This document shows positions 56,931-64,000 of a DNA stretch of 64,000 bases, piece by piece (position 1 is the first letter of the stretch; every line of letters begins with the position of its first letter). The notes beneath the pieces are model-generated. The model had not been told where the DNA came from and made no database searches. It was given only the letters and a program-made list of their open reading frames with translations. The translations under genes were made by a program, and so were the position numbers. Origin of the DNA: Octopus sinensis (lineage: Eukaryota); assembly GCF_006345805.1 (NCBI RefSeq), contig NC_043016.1, forward strand, positions 6,634,001-6,698,000. The letters run 5' to 3'.

Positions 56931-58350
56931 AATTTGTTAAGGTCTCTTCAGAAAGGGAAATTGGAGACCTCATATTCAGAGGTGTTAGATGCTGACACAG
57001 TTATAAAAGAACTTGAGCAGGAACAAACTTACAAACTCCTCGGAATAAATGAGGGCTCTGGCATTAAGCTTGCAAGCATGAAAGAAAGCATCAGAAAGGA
57101 ATGTTACTGGAGAGTTAGAGCAGTCCTGAAATCTGAGTTAAATGCGCGTAACAAGGTGTTAATCAAATTCGTTAGCAGTTCCAGGTGTTATTTATAATTT
57201 CAAAGTGTTGAACTGGAATATCAGAGAAATAAAGAAAATTGACAGGAAAATCCGTAAGATGCTGACTTGCAATAAGATGCACCATCTAAAGGCAGATGCA
57301 GATCGTCTTTACCTTCTCAGAGCCCAAGAAAGTCAAGGTTTGATCCAATTTGAAATCTCTTACAAAACCACTACAATTGGATTGACCAATTATATTGAAA
57401 GATCTAACGACTGGATGCTAAAACTCGTTGAAAACCACGGGAGACGTAAGAAGCTTAATTCAGTCATGAAGGAGAGCAACAAAATTTGCTAGTGAGTCCT
57501 TGCACTTACATCATGCTGTTCAACCCGGGTTGAACTGCATGTTGGGAGTGCGGGAACTGATGTTGCGAAGAAGGTGAAATCGATGGCAAAGGAAAAGAAA
57601 AAAACGTTTAGAGAATTGGCTGATAGGTGGGAACAAAAACCTCTACATGGCAAATATGTGGCTCATAGCAAACAAGCTGATGTAGAGCAGAAGCATACCC
57701 ATCAGTCGCTACGGAGCTCAGGGCTAAAGGCAGAGAGCAAAGGATTTAACTTAGCTGTTCAAGATCAGAGTTTAATGACCCGTAACTATCAAGCCAATCT
57801 GATGAAAAATGGAGTAGATCCGAAGTACCGATACGGCAACGATGAGATTGAAACAATGGACTACCTAATGTCTGGATGTAAATCACTGGGTGTTTAGCAC
57901 CAAAAGAGCTTATATGAAGACATGACAGAGTTGGCCAGTATCTACACTGGTTAATATGTCAGCATTATAAAATCAAAACTGCCGACAAATGGCACAAACA
58001 TCACCCTGAGGCTGTAACAGGGAGAAAATGTAGCGATTCTTTAGGACTTTCCAGTGCATACAGACCAGATCATCAAAGCAAATAAACCAGATATTGTTGT
58101 GAAGACCAAACCGATAAAGTATGTTTATTGATTGACCTGTGCATACCTTGTGATCATAATATTTCGGCAAAAGAATTTGATAAGCTCAGAAAATATAAAT
58201 ATTTGCTAATTGAAATTGAAAAGATGTGTCATCTCAATATCAGTGATTGTAGGAGAACTTGGGATAATAAAAAAGGGAACTGGAAATTACTTGAGGATGA
58301 TCCCTGGCTTACCATCCATGCACACATTGAGAAGAACATTGTCGCTGTCA
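56931..58350 (+). mobile_element. R4/Dong-type LINE 3' half (third family)
   Basis: LKSELNARNK, MHHLKADADRLYL, LRSSGLKAESKGF, KPDIV, LIDLCIP...KLRKYK. Confidence 0.82.
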
Positions 58351-59575
58351 TTCGTCATTCCTTTCTTCCTTTTTCTTTTCTTTGTTTTCTTTTGTTTCCT
58401 ATTTTATTTATTCTTCTTTCTTTTTCTTTTTTCCTCCCTTTTTTTTATCATATCCTATGACTTTGTAAATAAACAATCTAGTGTGTTTATTTTAACAACC
58501 TACAAATATATAGTTTCTTTGCCCTAGGTGTCGGGAAGACACTGGGCAAGTGAAATATTCTATGCAGCATCCTCTGTGGCCTCAAAAAAATTGGTCACTC
58601 CCTCAAATCCAACCAAATAAGAGTATCACAATCTAAACTGACTCTATGAAAATATATTAGTAAAAAAATAATAAAAAGAAAGAAAGAAAAGAAAGAATCT
58701 GTCAATCCTTAATGAAATTAGGCAAAGAACACTACCAAGCAGCAAGAAAGAAAGAAAGAAAAATTCTACAGAAATGCAAAATAACAGAACAAGGTATATC
58801 TCAGATAAATGATCGAATAAAGCAAGATATCTTCGCCAAAGTACAAAGAATCCGTCGGTATGAAAAACGCCAACGATTCTTTGAACAAAACGAACAGTTC
58901 AACTCTCATTCAAAATGATTCTACCAAGAATATGGTAACATGCAGACCAACAGCAGAGCAAGTGGGAGAATTTGGGAAAGAAATATGGCCAGCGAAGGAA
59001 AAACCCCAGGAAAGATCTATTAAAACACTAAACACAACACCTGAACAACTCTGGACATCCATAACAACGGAAGACATCCTCCAGGCACTGAAAAATAACC
59101 GAGCAATTGGAAGGCACCCGGGCACGACAATATCTTCAATTTCTGGCTAAAATATTTGACGGGAATACGTAAGACGCTTGCCGAAAAATTTAATGAGATG
59201 CTAGCAGGGCCAGAGACAATACCTGGATGGCTTATAGAAGGGAAAACCCACTCTAACTTCCATGTCCACTGAAACGACAAACCTACAAAATATAGAGCCA
59301 TAACATGTCTCTCTACAAGTTACAAGACCTTAACTGCAATAATATCGCCGAGATCTGGAAGAAAACAACTTGTTTCTAGAAGAGCTGAAGGGATGCCGCG
59401 AAGATTCATATGGATGTAGAGATCAGTTATTGATCAATAAAGCCACAACTGAAGACAGTCAAAAGAAAAAGAAAGGTCTAAGAATGTCTAGGATCGACTA
59501 TCGATAGGCTTTTGACAGTATTCCTTATATATTAATCCTGGAAACACTAGCTGTGAACAAGGTAGCACAAACAAT

Positions 59576-60007
59576 CTGTCAATAATGTAAATTGGCGGTG
59601 TGCTGGCAGAAACGTTTGCGCGCCGGGCGAAATGCTTAGCAGTATTTCGTCTGCCGCTACGTTCTGAGTTCAAATTCCGCCGAGGTCGACTTTGCCTTTC
59701 ATCCTTTCGGGGTCGATTAAATAAGTAGCAGTTACGCACTGGGGTCGATGTAGTCGACTTAATCCGTTTGTCTGTCCTTGTTTGTCCTCTCTGTGTTTAG
59801 CCCCTTGTGGGTAGTAAAGAAATAGGTATTTTACCCGTCGCTACGTTCTGAGTTCAAATTCCGCCGAGGTCGACTTTGCCTTTCATCCTTTCGGGGTCGA
59901 TAAATTAAGTAGCAGTTACGCACTGGGGTCGATGTAGTCGACTTAATCCGTTTGTCTGTCCTTGTTTGCCCCCTTTATGTTTAACCCCTTGTGGGCAATA
60001 AGGAAAT
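59576..60007 (+). mobile_element. Tandem family A SINE (full + partial) with 17-bp TSD
   Basis: aaggtagcacaaacaat at 59559-59575 and 60008-60024; removing the insertion restores the RT reading LAVNKVAQTII. Confidence 0.9.
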
Positions 60008-60704
60008 AAGGTAGCACAAACAATAATAAAATATATAAAACATGCAATGAATAAATGGCAGACAATACTACAGGTCCAGAAAAAAAGAGAGAGAATCGTT
60101 AAAACTAAAGCCATCCCAATTAGAGAAGGAATATTCGAAGGAAAGTCGCTCTCTCCACTCCTTTTCTGCCCGGAACTGACATATTTAACTGACATGCTAA
60201 ACAGAACTGGATGCGAATACAACTGCTACGGTAAAACAATCAACCATCTGTTGTATAGGGATGATCTAAAACTGTATGCTGCAAATGATAAACAACAGGA
60301 AACATTACTACAGACAGTGCATGGATTTACTAATGAAATTGGCTTAGAAAAATGTGTCAAACAAACTTAAAAAGAGGAAAACAATTTAAGAGTAACAATA
60401 TCACCACCAAATAAAGAAAATGAAATAAAAGAACTAGACTAAAGCCAGACATACAAATGCTTAGGAATGAATGAACAAGATACGGTACAACACAAACAAA
60501 TGAAAGAGAAGATAAGGAGAGAATACTTTAAATGGTTTAGATTAATACTTAAAACAGAGCTCAATGCGATAAACAAGGTAATAACTATCAACTCTAGCTA
60601 TCCCAGTTTTAAGTTATAGTTACAATATTCTTAATTGGACACTAAATGAATTAACCAAACTAGACAGGAAAACAAGAAAAATGACGGAATTTAGAATACA
60701 TCAC

Positions 60705-60895
60705 CTGGCTCTCTCTCTATCCGCTCAGTCGAAGTCGACTCTCGGTCACTCGTTGGGTCAGTGTCCTCCAGTCAGTTCTATCCTGGGCCGCTTCCTTCAG
60801 ATTGGCCATGTCCATTCCGGTATCACTCCTGATGGTGTCAAGCCAGCGGGTTCTTGTTCGGCCTCTTCCTCTCTTGCCACTGACCATTCCTGGCA
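60705..60895 (-). mobile_element. RTE-like 3' fragment inserted in the LINE
   Basis: GC-richer insert in opposite orientation, interrupting the MHH...ERLYI motif; reads like a degraded GxRxRGRP...W tail. Confidence 0.45.
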
Positions 60896-61407
60896 GAAAG
60901 GTTATATATACAAGAAACTGGACGTGGTAGAAAGGTTATATTTACAAGAAAGGTTATATATACAAGAAGGGTTATATATATATATAAGAAACTGGATGTG
61001 GTAGAAACCTTATACAACAACAAAACCACTATAAGATAACCGTCATAGTATTGCAGAAATATACAACTCAGAAGCAAGGGAAACTCGTACAGAGAGCCAC
61101 AGAACATGAGCAAAACAAAAATTTGCTTTCTGTCTTTAAAGAAGCCGAAAAAAAAATGCAAGAATGAAGTCATAGTACCTGGAAACTATGAAGAAAATGA
61201 GCAAACAACAAAAGCTGTAAGGTAACTGAAATCCAAACTAAAACTATAACAACGAAATAGAGTGATGAAACGATGGCAAGAAAAGCCTTTACGTGCCACG
61301 TACTGGGATAAGAGAAACGGAAGAGAAATAGACAAAGTAAAATCCCAACAATGGTTGAGCTCAGGCTCGAAAGCAGACACTGAACGATTTTTAATTGCAG
61401 CAAATGA

Positions 61408-61424
61408 TTAAAGCCTATCTATCA

Positions 61425-61517
<93 letters not shown>

Positions 61518-61544
61518 ACTAACTAACTAACTATCTATCTATCT

Positions 61545-61575
<31 letters not shown>

Positions 61576-61605
61576 CGTCTGTCTGTCTGTCTGTCTGTCT
61601 ATCTA
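61408..61605. repeat. (TCTA)n/(TGTC)n microsatellite
   Basis: Direct reading. Confidence 0.95.
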
Positions 61606-62426
61606 AGCCCACTAGCACAAAAACAACAACAGCAACAGCAACAACAACGACAACAAGATCACGAACAACAGCAACAACAACCACAAGAAAACCAAAAACG
61701 GAGAAAAAAACCCAGCACTTCTACCCACACCGCCATATGCACAACTAATTAAAGAGCTCTACAAACAAATGAAGGAATATCAGCAACCAACAAGCCAGCA
61801 CCAAACAAACAACACCATCTCCACCAGCTCCACCAAGAACAGAAACAGCACCATCACCACCACTACCACCAACGACTCCAAAGAAGAGAAAACCAAAAAA
61901 GACTCATGCCACAGCCCCAAAACCCATACACCATATCCCAACTGTCACCAACCAGCAACAACAACATGAACACACTCAGAAATAGACCCCAACACCCTTC
62001 CCCTCCGACATGCCGTCAGATGAAGACGACACAGAGACTTGGCAAGTGGCCATAGGGGGAAGGAAAAAAAGGGGGGAAAAAAGAATAGAGAAGCAGATAA
62101 ACAAAGCAGGAAGGTTTACCACTCCTGAAACCAAAACACCCGCAGAAAACTAAAGCATCAACGTAAACACACTAACACCAAACGCCCCAACAATACTGAC
62201 AGATATAAACACCAACAACCCCGACCTAATGGAGTACATTAGGTCAAACACCAACATAACAGAAAACGATACCAAAACAGAGACTCACCCACACCCAACA
62301 CCACCACAACACATTAAATTCATGCACAATCACAGAACACACACAGCATACTAAAATCTCTCTACCTGTCTAAAAAACTACACAAAAACTTTCTGGGCTG
62401 GGGTGAAGGACAAACAACTTTCAGAC

Positions 62427-62476
<50 letters not shown>

Positions 62477-62528
62477 TATTTCTCTTTCGTCTTCCTTTCG
62501 TGTGTAAAACACAACTTTCGACAGGAAC

Positions 62529-64000
62529 ATGCTTAAAATAGGTAGTATAAATGAACGTGGCTGGGGTCGCCTTGCAAACAAGGCTACCTGTTAAATGATA
62601 TCAAGTCACAGAATCTGCATATCATAGCCATTAGCGAGACCAGACTCCTCAGCCTGCGTGCCCTTCAGCACATGTCCGGCGATATTTTGACATTTGTTTT
62701 TCTTCGTGTCTGCCGAGAATGGGCGGAGGTGGCACCGCGGTGATTCTTCGGAATATTCTGGACCTCAAAGTAAGAGCAATTTTCCTAGACCTGGTCGTCT
62801 TGGATGTCGATGGCAGTAATGGGTGTGCTTTTCGACTGATAACAGTTTATGTACCGTCCTTAACAGGCCGGCCAGATTTCTTTCGACGTCTAGATGTTTT
62901 CCTGGGAACATCTCGACCTTTACTTTCAGAGGGGTATTAGAACGCTACCTTAGACAGGCATGTAGACTACGTAGGCAGAGATAGTAATAGGAGGGGATGT
63001 AAATGCCTCAAAGACCTGCTCAGACATTTCCAACTGTCTGACAGGTACTGACTGGACCACCCGAATGTGCCAATGTGGACATGGAGCAACCACATCGGGT
63101 CGTCCAGATCATATTTAGATAGAGTATTCTGTAGGACAGTAGATAAAAATAGTGTAGGTTGTCCACAATACCATATAGTCAGCTACACAGATCACAAATT
63201 TGTGACTTGTACACTTGACTTTGATAAGACACATAGGCAGAGTCCCGGTTACTGGAAGCTGGACGTGTCGTTCACAGCACGCCAGACTTACAGGGACAGG
63301 ATTAGCACATTAGCTAAGAAAGCATTGACGGGCGTCATCATCAACAATAGATGGTGGTATACCATAAAGAAAGCAATCAAAGCAGAATCGGTTAGATACA
63401 GTAAGGCCCTAGCATTAGACCGAAATAGAATAGAGGGAGACCTAGTTAAGAAATTAGATGAGGCACTTAGAACTGGCATCGCGTCCAACGTACTGGCGGC
63501 GAGGTTGGCCCTCGACCAATACTTCAACGCCAAACACAATGAGTTGACAGAGCTAGGATGCTTACTCTGAGTTGGAGCCGCCCGAGAGGCCAGAGTAGCG
63601 GAGGCGCAACGAACCACCATTAGGTCTCTAACAGATAAGCAGGGGCGCGAATTACTCGAGCCTGAAAGGATGTGTGAAGCCCTTAAGCAACACTTTTCCC
63701 GACTGTTCTGGACTACTGGTGGGTCAGAACGCAGAGTGGACTTTAGTGTTTACCTACATAGCCTGCCACGACTCTCGGTAAGAGAGGCGGAATGTTGTGA
63801 AAGACCCATCACAGCCGCAATGGCAGGCTGCGCGGGAGACAAGTCGCCAGGCTTGGATGGTCTACCCTACGAACTTTATTGTCATATGCCAGACTTGTTT
63901 GGAGACGTCTTGGCAGCTGTTATTCTGCAACTGGCAGCAAAACGGGAGTATCCCTGTTTCTGTAAAGCGAGGGGCGGTGGTATTGCTAAAGAAAAATCCA
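62529..64000 (+). mobile_element. Tx1/L1-clade ORF2 (APE endonuclease, start of RT), degraded; runs off the window
   Basis: MLKIGSIN, IIAISETR, LITVYVP, WTW...RSYLDRVF, SYTDHKFV, GYWKLDVS, KSPGLDGLPYELY. Confidence 0.85.

Larger units (their letters stand above)
58690..61410 (+). mobile_element. R4/Dong-type LINE, degraded, related to 14478-18367, with SINE and RTE insertions
   Basis: RIKQDIFAKVQRIRRYEKR, KYRAITCL, DQLLINKA, EGKSLSPLLF, NHLLYRDDLKLY, LKTELNA. Confidence 0.82.

Noticed and set aside
61605-62360. A/C-rich region resembling a LINE ORF1 fragment
   Set aside because: No diagnostic motif recognised, and it is separated from the Tx1 ORF2 by (CT)n; cannot be assigned.

Overview
Repeat-dense, AT-rich eukaryotic (animal) DNA. 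The SINE families and the abundance of (TA)n/(TATG)n/(ATC)n/(TCTA)n microsatellites resemble octopus/cephalopod genomes (recognition, not verified). I found no host protein-coding gene. Most long ORFs in the track are microsatellite translations or frameshifted transposon pieces. Content: Penelope-like elements (RT + GIY-YIG), R4/Dong-type RLE LINEs in trinucleotide repeats, RTE, CR1-like and Tx1-like LINE fragments, a near-complete Tc1 (DD34E) element, a mariner relic, two non-autonomous DNA transposons with GGATC termini and 8-bp TSDs, three tRNA-derived SINE families and a 100-N gap. The standout is a 3.2-kb array (25211-28392) of a non-coding 523-533 nt unit. Each full unit carries a type I hammerhead ribozyme with a canonical core, and the array flips orientation inside a ribozyme. 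It looks like a retrozyme/circRNA-producing locus. Several other hammerhead motifs lie at the outer ends of outward-facing inverted duplications bounded by (TA)n. Homopolymer indels between near-identical copies suggest sequencing error, so frameshifts and fold-back structures need read-level confirmation. Coordinates of degenerate elements are approximate.
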